64,000 bases of DNA from an uncultured Acidobacteriota bacterium (lineage in GTDB: Bacteria > Acidobacteriota > Thermoanaerobaculia > UBA5066), in NCBI GenBank assembly GCA_963779415.1, contig CAVZYA010000001.1:32001-96000 (forward strand), read 5' to 3'. Shown here one piece after another: positions 1 to 8,711 of the stretch. Below the pieces are notes generated by a model that saw only the letters and a list, made by a program, of their open reading frames with translations, was not told where the DNA came from and made no database searches. A program made the translations under genes and the position numbers. Position 1 is the stretch's first letter. Every line of letters begins with the position of its first letter.

Positions 1-66
1 CTCTGGGCCGCCTCTGCGTGGAGGCGGAGTTCGGCTTGTGGTTCAGCGTGATCGCGAACGGCTGAG

Positions 67-987
67 ATGGAGATGCGCCGGCGGCAGGTCCTCGGCTGGG
101 TGGGGATTGACGGGAGCGGGACGATGTCAGACGACGCCACGGCCATGCGGGAGGATGCCAGCATGCACCGCCACGAGCGCGAGTTGGAGACGCCGCAACG
201 CCATCCGGTCCGACGTCCGGGCGCGGACGAGGCCGCCACGTCGCTCGCGGCCCGGGCGGCGGCCGCGGGCCGCACCGAGGCGCTCGGCCACGCCTCGGTC
301 CTGGGCCTTCAGCGGGCCGCGGGGAACGCCGGCGTCGCCCAGCTCCTCGACGGCGACGCGGAGCAGGAGTCGCCGGTCAGGGACGTGGTCGGGCGCGGCG
401 GCGGGACGCCCCTGGAGCCGGCGGTCCGGCAGCGCATGGAAACGAGCTTCGGGGCCGACTTCTCCGACGTCCGGGTCCACACCGGCGGGAGCGCGGCCGC
501 GTCGGCGCGAGCCGTCGACGCCCACGCGTACACGGTCGGCAACAAGATCGTCCTTGGGGATGGCCACGTCCAGGGCGCTCCCGACCACGATCGCACGCTG
601 GCCCACGAGCTCACCCACGTCGTCCAGCAGCGTCCCGGGCCGGTCGACGGGACGCCCGCCGCAGGCGGCATCTCGGTCAGCAGCCCGAGCGACCGGTTCG
701 AGCGCGCGGCCGAGGCGACCGCCGACCGCGTCATCGCCACGGGGCACGCCGCCGAGATCGCAGGCCCGGGGGCACCATCCATCCAGCGGGAGGCCGCGCC
801 GGAGGATGAGGAAACGCAGGTCGAGATGCTCGCGACCAAGCGCGAGGCCGCGCCCGAGGATGAGGACGAGGTCCAGACGCTCGCGATCCAGCGCGAGGCC
901 GCGCCCGAGGACGAGGAGGAGGTCCACACACTGGTGATCGAGCGGGAGGCCGGCGGCCGGCAGCACGAGGGGCGCCTTCCCGGCTAG
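67..987 (+). CDS. DUF4157 (eCIS core) domain protein with acidic C-terminal repeats
   Basis: GTPLEPAVRQRMETSFGADFSDVRVHTG...AHAYTVGNKIV...TLAHELTHVVQQ is the DUF4157 signature with an HExxH motif; the true start may be 124 or 163. Confidence 0.9.
   Translation: MEMRRRQVLGWVGIDGSGTMSDDATAMREDASMHRHERELETPQRHPVRRPGADEAATSLAARAAAAGRTEALGHASVLGLQRAAGNAGVAQLLDGDAEQESPVRDVVGRGGGTPLEPAVRQRMETSFGADFSDVRVHTGGSAAASARAVDAHAYTVGNKIVLGDGHVQGAPDHDRTLAHELTHVVQQRPGPVDGTPAAGGISVSSPSDRFERAAEATADRVIATGHAAEIAGPGAPSIQREAAPEDEETQVEMLATKREAAPEDEDEVQTLAIQREAAPEDEEEVHTLVIEREAGGRQHEGRLPG
781..950 (+). repeat. About three tandem ~57-nt repeats encoding (Q/K)REAAPEDE(E/D)xxVxxLxI
   Basis: cg(g/c)gaggccgcgcc(g/c)gagga recurs at ~787, ~841 and ~892, with a partial fourth unit near 943. 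Confidence 0.8.
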
Positions 988-1111
988 CCCGAACAGCGCG
1001 CCTCGCCGGCCGTCGGACCCACGTCGCCGTCAATCGGGCGCCCGGCCGCCCGTTCGTGGCCGCCCGTTGGTGGTCGCCTGCGGGCGGCCGAGGGCCCGGG
1101 TGGGACCGGCG

Positions 1112-1700
1112 TCAGATCAGCCCCGGGGGGATCGCGCAGGCGACCGCGTGCGTCCGGTTGCGCAGGTCGAGGCGTGACGTCACGTCGTGGATCACGTTCT
1201 TGACCGTCCGCTCGGAGAAGTAGAGCTTGGGCGCCGACCTCCGCCGTGTCGTGGCCCTCGGCCAGGAGGCGGAGCACGGCGATCTCCCTCGTCGGCGAGG
1301 CCGGCGAACGTCAGGCCACGCGGATGGAGGACCTGGCGTCGGACACGGCTCTACTGGCCAGAGGAGCCTGCCCAGGAGGTCGGGCGGGAAGTGTTCCCTC
1401 CCCTACTGCTGCAGCCCGGATCGCCGTGGCGAGATGCCCAGCGGTCGCCTGGCTGCGGCGGACGACGCCGCTCACGCCGGCTTCGACGGCCGCCAGCAGC
1501 CCCGCGTCGTCGACCTTGGCGACGAGGAGGACCAGGCGCTCGTGCCCGGCCGCCCGGGAGCTCGCGCAGCTCGCCGGGGGTCGGTCTCCTCGTCCAGGTC
1601 GCCGCCGGCGACCACGACCATGACGGCGGCTGCCTCCGCCGCCGAGAGGACCACCAGCCCGATGCCGACCAGCTGGGCCGTCCGGACCGGGGGTCGGGGG
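1112..1700 (-). pseudogene. LuxR-family helix-turn-helix regulator, frameshifted
   Basis: Fragments across frames: VAKVDDAGLLAAVEAGVSGVVRRS, LRLLAEGHDTAEV and LYFSERTVKNVIHDVTSRLDLRNRTHAVA; the 5' end is approximate. Confidence 0.75.
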
Positions 1701-1759
1701 TCTCCGCGCGCACCGCGCCGATGCTACAGGGGATATCGCGCCCCGACGTCCGACCACCT

Positions 1760-3200
1760 GACCATCCGTCCGCGCCCGCCGTCCTCGGCATCCACCCGGG
1801 GACCACCACCGTCAAGGCCGGCCTGGTCGGACCTGGACGGGCGGCTCCGGGCCGTGGTCGAGCCACGATCCCGACCCTACGACCGGCCCGGGCGCCGCGA
1901 GCAGCTGACCGGGGACTGGTGGCGTGCCACGGTGAGCGCGGTCCGCGCCGCGCTCGGGGCACGCGGCACGCGAGCGGTCGCTGGCGCCCTCGAGCTCCTG
2001 GGCGTCCGCGTCGTTGGGCAGGGCCCGACGACCGTCGCGGTGGATGGGGCGGGCGGCTCACTGGGCACGGCCCTCGACCTGGCTCGATACCCGCGCCGGG
2101 CTGAGGCCGCCAGCCTCGAGCTCGCCATCGGGCTACCGGCGTGGCAGCTGGGGTCGCTGCCCCACGAGCGCTGGATGGCGCGCCACGATGCCGAGCGCCA
2201 CGATTCCGCCGCCGCGTTCCTGTCGCCCTGGACTGGCTGACCCTTCGTCTGTCGGGCGAGACCGTGCGCGCGGCGCCCCCCGTCTCCGGCCACCCCACCC
2301 ATGCCACAGTGCGCGCGGCGGCGCCGACCCAGCGCGGTTCGGGCGAGCGGTGGAGTGGGCGACCCAGGTCGGCGTCACGCTGCCCGCGGGGAGCTGGGAT
2401 CGCACCGGCACGCCGGTCGTCTCGGGCGCAAGATGCGCTCGCCAGCTTCCATGGCGCGGGGCTCGTCGACCCCGGTGACGCGGTCGATACGGCGGACGTC
2501 CGGCGGCCTGGGGGTCGAACTGGGACCGGGAGCTGGATATCCCGGGCACATATCGGGCACCGGCCGGACTGCCGGGCCGTGGCTGTATGGCGGCGCGATG
2601 AATGCCATCGGCAAGTCGTCGACTGGACCGGCGAGCTCCTCGCGCCGACGCGGGGGAGGACCTCGATACGCTGTTCGCCGATGCGGTGTCGACCCCGCCG
2701 GGCGCGGCCGGCCTCGTGTTCCTGCCGTACCTCCCGGGGGAGCGGGCGCCCATCGACGATGACCGGGCGCGGGGCGTCTTCGCCGGGCTGTCGCTGATCC
2801 ACGGACGGGGGCACCTCACCCGGGCCGCCCTGGAGTCGGGTGGCTTCTCGACGCGCCAGGTGGCAGCACCCATCCGCAAGCAGGCATCCGCCTCGAGCGA
2901 CTGGTGATGTCCGGCGCGACCGAGCGACTCAGCCGCTGGCCCAGATGCGCGCCGACATCCTGGGGGTCCCGGTGGACGTGCCGGAGGTCCCGGACACCGC
3001 CGCCCTTGGCGCCTGCATCCTTGCCGCGGTGGGACTGAGGCCCATGCTGATGCCCGCGCCGCCATCCGGCCGATGGTCCGCATCACGCACGCCTGGAGCC
3101 ACGCGCCGAGCTCACGGCCGCTACGACGAGCTGTACGCCGTCTACCGGCAGCTGCACCCGGCGACCGCGGGACCTGCTGCACCGGCTGGCCGATGTCGCG
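1760..3200 (+). pseudogene. FGGY-family sugar kinase (xylulokinase-like), heavily broken
   Basis: Fragments VLGIHPGTTTVKAGL, VVGQGPT, GLVFLPYLPGERAPIDDDRARGVFAGL, QMRADILGVPV and AALGACILAAVG in different frames; bounds approximate. Confidence 0.75.
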
Positions 3201-3315
3201 GACGCCACGACCGGGCGGGGCCACGGCCGAATGGCCGCTGCCGAAGCGCAAGCCTTACGTCGTATACCGCTCCGGTATCGGAGAGCCTCTGGTATCATGT
3301 GCCGGACATCTTCAC

Positions 3316-3465
3316 GCTCCTTCGGGGGTTGGGTGCGATTCCCGACTGGTGGTCGGTCCGAGCGGGACGGTCTGTGACGGCCAGCCCACGACCCGGCGCC
3401 AGTCATGGTGACGGTGATTCTCCTGCAGGGAGCCGACGGTGAGATCCCGGATGGGAGAAGGGCGG
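3316..3465 (+). ncRNA. FMN riboswitch (RFN element)
   Basis: ccttcgggggttgggtgcgattcccgactggtggt...agcccacgac...gccgacggtgagatcccggatgggagaagg matches the conserved RFN blocks and lies upstream of an ABC transporter. Confidence 0.85.
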
Positions 3466-3599
3466 CATGACATGTCCGTCGACCGGCGCGTTCGCGTCCG
3501 TCGCTGACCTGCCGTCGCGCTCGTCCGACCGCCCCGACGAAGGCCGTGAAATGTATGGGTGGGACACGACGTCTTGGACGACATCACGCTCCGGGGCAT

Positions 3600-4320
3600 T
3601 GGGATGCTCGTTCGCATTGGCCGAGCGGCGACTCGTCGCGCTCGACGCCATCGACCTGCATGTGCCCGCCGGGGATGTCGTCGCCATCGTGGGTCCATCG
3701 GGCTCCGGCAAGAGCACCCTGCTGCGACTCGTGGCCGGATTGCTGTCACCGACGCCGGCAGCGTCGAGGTCGGCGGTGCCCCCGTCAGCTGTCCGACGCG
3801 CATCGGGCTCGTCTTCCAGGAAGCCACGCCTCATGCCCTGGCGGACCGCGCTGGACAACGTCTGCTACCCCCGGAGCTCGCCGGTCGGCCGCGTCCGGAG
3901 AGCGGGAGGCACGCGCCCGGGAGCTCATGACGCTCATGGGTCTCGATGGCTTCGAGACGGCATCGCCGGCGCAGCTGTCCGGCGGCATGGCGCAGCGGGT
4001 GGCGCTTGCGCGCGCCCTCACCCTCGAGCTGCCGGCGCCGCTCCTCGATGAGCCCTTCGGCGCCCTCGATGCCCTGACCCGCTACTCGATCGGATGCCGA
4101 GTTGCTCGGCATCCGGGGCGACCGGGCGCCACCATCATCGTCGTGACCGACATCCGCAGGTCCTCGCGGACCGGGTCGTGGTGCTCTCCGAGCGGCCGGG
4201 GCCGGATCGTCGCCGACGTGCCCGTGGACCTGCCGCTGCCGCGTGCCTGGGCCGCCATCGACGAGGCTGCCTCGAGCCGCGCCGCGCACGCCGTCCGGGC
4301 AACACCCAGGGTACCGTGCC
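3600..4320 (+). pseudogene. ABC transporter ATP-binding subunit (NitT/TauT family), frameshifted
   Basis: Walker [22 protein letters not shown] and [13 protein letters not shown] in shifting frames. Confidence 0.8.
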
Positions 4321-4376
4321 CGCGGCGGTGGAGGCTCCTCGCACGCGGTGGCGGTGGTTGCCGGATCGGCCGTCTG

Positions 4377-4530
4377 ATGCGCGACGTGCTCGCCGTCATC
4401 GCCCTTGTACTGCTGCTTCTTGGGCTGGCAGGTCATCGTTGGGCTCGACTACCCCCAGTTCGTGCTGCCGGGGCCGCTCGCGGTCGCCGGACGCTGGTGG
4501 AAGGCCGTCAGCGACGGGACGCTCCATGAG
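4377..4530 (+). pseudogene. N-terminal fragment of an ABC permease (RibX/TauC-like), truncated at a junction
   Basis: [15 protein letters not shown] then [33 protein letters not shown], after which the similarity stops. Confidence 0.65.
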
Positions 4531-4539
4531 ATGCCGTCC

Positions 4540-5431
4540 GCGACCTCTTGGATTCGACATCTCTCGGCCGCTCCCGGTTCTCTACTGACAGGCTGAGGGA
4601 AGCCGGAAGATGTTTGCGGAACGGGTGGCATGCGCGTGCTTCCACGCCGGGATCGACGCCGCGACGCTCGACTTCGGCTTTCCGCCGGCTGATTTCCTCG
4701 CCCCGTTCGATTCGCCGGAGTTCACGCGATTCGTAGTCGCTTCTGGTCGAAAGCTCATCGTCTGCGACTCCGTCGGCTACTTCTTGAACGACAAGGCAGA
4801 CGAGAATAGCGCCTCGGATTGGAAGAGGTACGCGATGAAGCCGCTCCGCGCCATCGGCCGCGAGACGGGGATCTCGTTCCTCCTCGCGCACCACTACGGG
4901 AAGCCGGCGGAGAACCGGACCGGGCGGCACCGTCCCCGTGGGTCATCCGCCATCGGTGCAGACTGCGACACTGTCCTTCGTCTCGAGGCGCCAAACGGAG
5001 AAAAGGTCCGCGAACGGACTCTCTTCTTCGATAAGGTCCGCGACACTGCCGCGCCCCTGACGATGGCCCTGAAGTTCGAACGGGAGGAGGCCCTGTTCCT
5101 CCCGGATGAGTCGGCCGACGTTGCCGACCTCCCTTCTTCGAAGGAGTCCCGGGCGAAGGTGAAGGAGGCCGCCAGGACCGAGGCCGACCGCCGGGCGAAG
5201 GAGGACCTCGCGCTGCTTCTCCGGAAGACGCCGGCTGGCCTCACCGCTGAGGAGATCGTCGAGGCGTTCCACCGGCACAAGACCTGGGTGGCCGATGTCC
5301 TCGGTGAGTTCCACGCCAGGGGGGACATCCGACGCGGGGTCGTCGAGAGGTTGAATGCCCGGGGACAGAAGAGGCCCGTCGGCGTGTGGGTCTGGACGTC
5401 CTCGGTGGTCGCTGAAGGGCGGAGTTCCTGA
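4540..5431 (+). CDS. C-terminal part of an AAA_25/RecA-family replicative helicase with a winged-helix tail (5'-truncated; in-frame TGA at 4586)
   Basis: LGFDISRPLPVLY*QAEGS, Walker B LIVCDS, LAHHYGK, RGSSAIGADCD and FDKVRD; ORF 4610..5431. Confidence 0.7.
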
Positions 5432-5476
5432 CGATGCCAAGTCACACTTTCTCCCCCGGACCCCCCGGCCCGCGTG

Positions 5477-5562
5477 AGAACGCGTCAGGGGCCGCGTTCC
5501 CGCGTGGTCTGGCATGTTCTCGGGAACGAATGAGAACGCGTCAGAACGCGTCAGAACCCGTC
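5477..5562 (+). repeat. Iteron-like 10-bp direct repeats AGAACGCGTC
   Basis: Copies at 5477, 5533, 5543 and 5553 (last copy AGAACCCGTC), between the helicase and excisionase genes. Confidence 0.7.
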
Positions 5563-5579
5563 AGGCGGGAGAGCCGCTG

Positions 5580-5945
5580 ATGGCTATCTCGGTGGTGGGT
5601 GCCAGGCCCGTGACGGACGCCGACCTTTCCCGGGTAGACGAGGCCGTCCGGACCATCGAGGAGGAGGCTTCGCGGCTGCCCGCGGGGGTCCTTCCTTGGA
5701 TTTTCGGCCGCCTCGAGGAAGCGAAGATGCGGCTGCTACCGAGCTTCCTCGCCGCCCAGACCAAGGAACAGCCCCGTCCGAACCGACTCCTTTCTGTAGA
5801 GGAGGCCGCACCAAGACTCGGAATGTCCCTGAGTTACCTCTACAAGCACGCAGACCAGTTGTCGTTCACCGTCAGAGAGGGGGCCCGGCTGAAGTTCTCC
5901 GAAGCTGGACTAGAGGACTACATTCGGAGGAAGAGCGGAAGGTGA
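5580..5945 (+). CDS. Excisionase-like HTH_17 DNA-binding protein
   Basis: RLLSVEEAAPRLGMSLSYLYK motif, directly upstream of the integrase. Confidence 0.8.
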   Translation: MAISVVGARPVTDADLSRVDEAVRTIEEEASRLPAGVLPWIFGRLEEAKMRLLPSFLAAQTKEQPRPNRLLSVEEAAPRLGMSLSYLYKHADQLSFTVREGARLKFSEAGLEDYIRRKSGR

Positions 5946-5956
5946 AGGAGGCTGCG

Positions 5957-7180
5957 ATGCGCGGACAGGGACGGATCTTCAAGCGAACCAGCAAGAACGT
6001 GACTCGGTGGTACATCGCCTACTACGCCCCGCAGGAAGGCCGGGCGGTGCAGGTGAAGGAGGTCGCAGGCGACACCGAAGAAGATGCCCATCGACTCCTT
6101 GAGAAGCGAAGCCGGGAGGTCGCGAATCACCGAGACGGCCTCAGGCGATTCACGGGTCCCAAGGGCGAGCGCGTCACCGTGGCGATTCTGGTGAGCGACC
6201 TGGAGACGAGCTACGAGGCCCGGGGCCTGAAATCGCTTCGGCCCATGCGGTCGCATCTGACGCATCTCGTCGACTACTTCGGTTCGCGCCGGGCGGCCTC
6301 GGTAACGATCTCTACGATCGAGAGGTACGTCGTCTCCCGAAAGGGGGAGGGCGCCGCGCCCGCCACGATCGACCGCGAGACGGAGCTTCTCCGGCGGGCG
6401 TTTACGTTGGGCGTCGAGAACGGAAAGATCGCCTTCGTCCCCCGTATTCCGAGGCTGCTGAAGCTCCACGAGAATGCACGCCGAGGCTTCCTCGACAGGG
6501 AAGCCTTCGAGACGATCCTGAGGGCTATCCTGAATCCTGACTTCCGGGACTACCTCGAGTGGTTCTGGTGGACGGGGATGCGGCCCGGGGAGATCGCCGC
6601 TCTTTCCTGGGCCGACTACGACACGCAGACGAAAACCCTTCGGCTCGCAGCGGCGGACGCCAAGATCGGCGAGGGGCGAGTCGTTCCAGTCGTCGGGCCG
6701 CTCGCCTCAATCATCGAGAGGCGAAGGGCCGCGCGCTCGCTGAAAAGCCCGTTTGTCTTTCACTCGGAAGGCGCGTCGTTCGCGTCGAAAAGGAACGGCC
6801 TTTCTGACCGCTTCTACGCGATGTGGTACCGGGCCTGTGAGAAAGCCGGCCTCCCAGGCGAGAAGACCCCCGACGGCAAGCCGGTCCCGAAGGGCGAGCG
6901 AATCATCCCGTACGACCTCCGGCGGTCGGCCGTGCGGAACCTGCGTGCCGTCGGCGTTCCCGAGCGCGTGGCGATGGAGATAACCGGCCACCGGACCCGC
7001 AGCATGTTCGACCGTTACCGAATCGTTGACGAGCGGGATATCGGCGCCGCGTTTGAAAAACGGGCCCAGTACGAGGCCTCCTTGCCGCCGACTGGGACCC
7101 TCGTTTCCATCGTAAACACGCCCGCAAGCACGCCCGTGGCCGAAGACGGCTCCGGAAAGTCCTTGAGGAGGGCGGGTTAA
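5957..7180 (+). CDS. Tyrosine recombinase/integrase
   Basis: TGMRPGEI, YDLRRSAVRN (YxxR variant of HxxR), ITGHRT and FDRY; aaggagg RBS before the ATG at 5957. Confidence 0.93.
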   Translation: MRGQGRIFKRTSKNVTRWYIAYYAPQEGRAVQVKEVAGDTEEDAHRLLEKRSREVANHRDGLRRFTGPKGERVTVAILVSDLETSYEARGLKSLRPMRSHLTHLVDYFGSRRAASVTISTIERYVVSRKGEGAAPATIDRETELLRRAFTLGVENGKIAFVPRIPRLLKLHENARRGFLDREAFETILRAILNPDFRDYLEWFWWTGMRPGEIAALSWADYDTQTKTLRLAAADAKIGEGRVVPVVGPLASIIERRRAARSLKSPFVFHSEGASFASKRNGLSDRFYAMWYRACEKAGLPGEKTPDGKPVPKGERIIPYDLRRSAVRNLRAVGVPERVAMEITGHRTRSMFDRYRIVDERDIGAAFEKRAQYEASLPPTGTLVSIVNTPASTPVAEDGSGKSLRRAG

Positions 7181-7195
7181 TCGAAAGGCCGTGTG

Positions 7196-7221
7196 CCTTC
7201 GACTCCCACACGCTTCCGCCA
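7196..7221 (+). repeat. att-like copy 1: 3' fragment of tRNA-Sec (selC)
   Basis: ccTTCGACTCCCAC-ACGCTTCC-GCCA gives T-loop, 5-nt T-stem strand, 8-nt acceptor strand and G discriminator-CCA, the 8/5 fold of tRNA-Sec; the 5' half is absent. Confidence 0.8.
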
Positions 7222-7386
7222 AGTCCTGCTACGGCCTGCCGTAGACGACCGACATATCAGGGGTTTACACGAGGCCGGTTTTCATCCCTCTCCGGATGGA
7301 CCGCGCCCCTGCACTCCCCTGAGACCTTGGGGCCGCCTCAGGGGCCCGGAAAGGCGACGCAGGCGGCGTGAGCCGGACGACGAGGT

Positions 7387-8223
7387 TCAGAAAGACGGCC
7401 AGTGTAGGCCGAGGGCTACTGCCAGGAAGACGGCCATCTGGCCGCGGGTGAGGGGAGCGTTGGGGCAGAAGTTGCCGCCACCGCATCCCGCCGTGATGCC
7501 GGACGCGTAGAGGGCCTCGACGAATTTGAAGAAGGGATGACCGGTCGGCACGTCCGTGAAGGTCGCGACTCCCGGGGCCGGACTCACCTGCAGCTTGTAC
7601 CAGAGGGTCACGCCCCCGAATTTGATGGACTGGTCGTTGTCCGTGTCGGAGAGCTTGACCCGTAGCTGGTAGTAGACCGCCCCGTTGGGTGAGTCCCAGT
7701 CCTTTATGGTCTCGGGGGCCGCGAACGCGAAGTAGACCATCTGCCAGCCCGGCGTTTCCGTTACGCCGCTGAAATACGAGACCAGCGACGTCTGCGTGCC
7801 GGGCGCGTTGCCGGGTAGCGCGTACTTCGACATGAAGAGCCTGAAGTCGTCGGTCGCACTGTTGTCGTAATAGAAGAACGTCACGCCGGACAGAATGGCG
7901 CCGTTCGGCAGCTGAAACGCCGCGTCGTAAAAGGAGCTGCCGGTGTCGTGGAAGATGTAGCCGTCGGTGGTCATCCAGTACTCCGAGCCGGCGTAGCCGT
8001 GGAAATCGAAGCCGGGGATGGCCTTCGAGATCCAGCCCACCGTTCCGTAAGTCTCCGGCGCCGGAGCCGGCGCCGAGATCCCTCGCGCGAAGGGGGAGGA
8101 GGGCGCCTTCACAACGACAGCATTCCCGGCCGGGTCGACCGCCTGCGCCCATCCCGGTCCCGTCACGGCGAGAAGCCCGAAGGTCAATACGGCGAAGATC
8201 GCGCGTTTCGATGAGCTCTTCAT
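7387..8223 (-). CDS. Secreted protein with a C-terminal S-layer homology (SLH) domain
   Basis: Signal peptide MKSSSKRAIFAVLTFGLLAVTGPGWA; C-terminal FTDVPTGHPFFKFVEALYASGITAGCGGGNFCPNAPLTRGQMAVFL. Confidence 0.88.
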   Translation of the reverse strand: MKSSSKRAIFAVLTFGLLAVTGPGWAQAVDPAGNAVVVKAPSSPFARGISAPAPAPETYGTVGWISKAIPGFDFHGYAGSEYWMTTDGYIFHDTGSSFYDAAFQLPNGAILSGVTFFYYDNSATDDFRLFMSKYALPGNAPGTQTSLVSYFSGVTETPGWQMVYFAFAAPETIKDWDSPNGAVYYQLRVKLSDTDNDQSIKFGGVTLWYKLQVSPAPGVATFTDVPTGHPFFKFVEALYASGITAGCGGGNFCPNAPLTRGQMAVFLAVALGLHWPSF

Positions 8224-8551
8224 GGAGCGCTCCTTTCCTGCTGGTGCCAGCCGGCTGCGGCGATTCTTCCGAGGATCCGCGGAGGCCGCCGATGGCGTTT
8301 GGGTTTCAGGGCCTTCCAAGAGGTCGACATGCCGCCTGCCTCCTCTGGGTCGGAGGAAGCGGCGGGGCGTGCCCCCCGGTGCGTCGACGCTCGTTCCGTC
8401 GGCCCGTCAGGGTCGTGTGGCTGAGAGAAGTCTATTCCTGATCCCGGCCCCGGCATTACAGGAAGGGCCGGGCGGGGCGGAGGCACGTCAGGCCGGCAGG
8501 GAGGGCAGAGACGCCGGACGAGCTCGCAGAAGGTTGATGTCGGCCGGATTA

Positions 8552-8577
8552 CCTTCGACTCCCACACGCTTCCGCCA
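8552..8577 (+). repeat. att-like copy 2: 3' fragment of tRNA-Sec
   Basis: 26/26 identical to 7196-7221. Confidence 0.85.
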
Positions 8578-8711
8578 GCCTCGCAGGTAGTTCCTATTGA
8601 CTATTCCGTGCCCTCGCCCCGCGGAGGTATGCTCTCGCGAGTTCGTGTGATTCCGCCAGCGAGAGTGCGAGCACGCCGGGGGCGTGGGGTTTTGCCGAAA
8701 GGAGCGTTTCG

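Larger units (their letters stand above)
4540..7221 (+). mobile_element. Right end of an integrative element (satellite/prophage-like) targeting tRNA-Sec
   Basis: Helicase, iterons, excisionase and integrase, then a tRNA 3'-end att core 16 nt after the integrase stop. Confidence 0.8.

Noticed and set aside
4586-4588. Selenocysteine readthrough in the helicase
   Set aside because: The context suggests a hydrophobic/Trp position rather than a catalytic Cys, and no convincing SECIS hairpin was seen
7196-8577. CRISPR array or intact tRNA-Sec gene
   Set aside because: Only two copies 1.36 kb apart, no cas genes, and neither copy has the 5' tRNA half or a pairing T-stem
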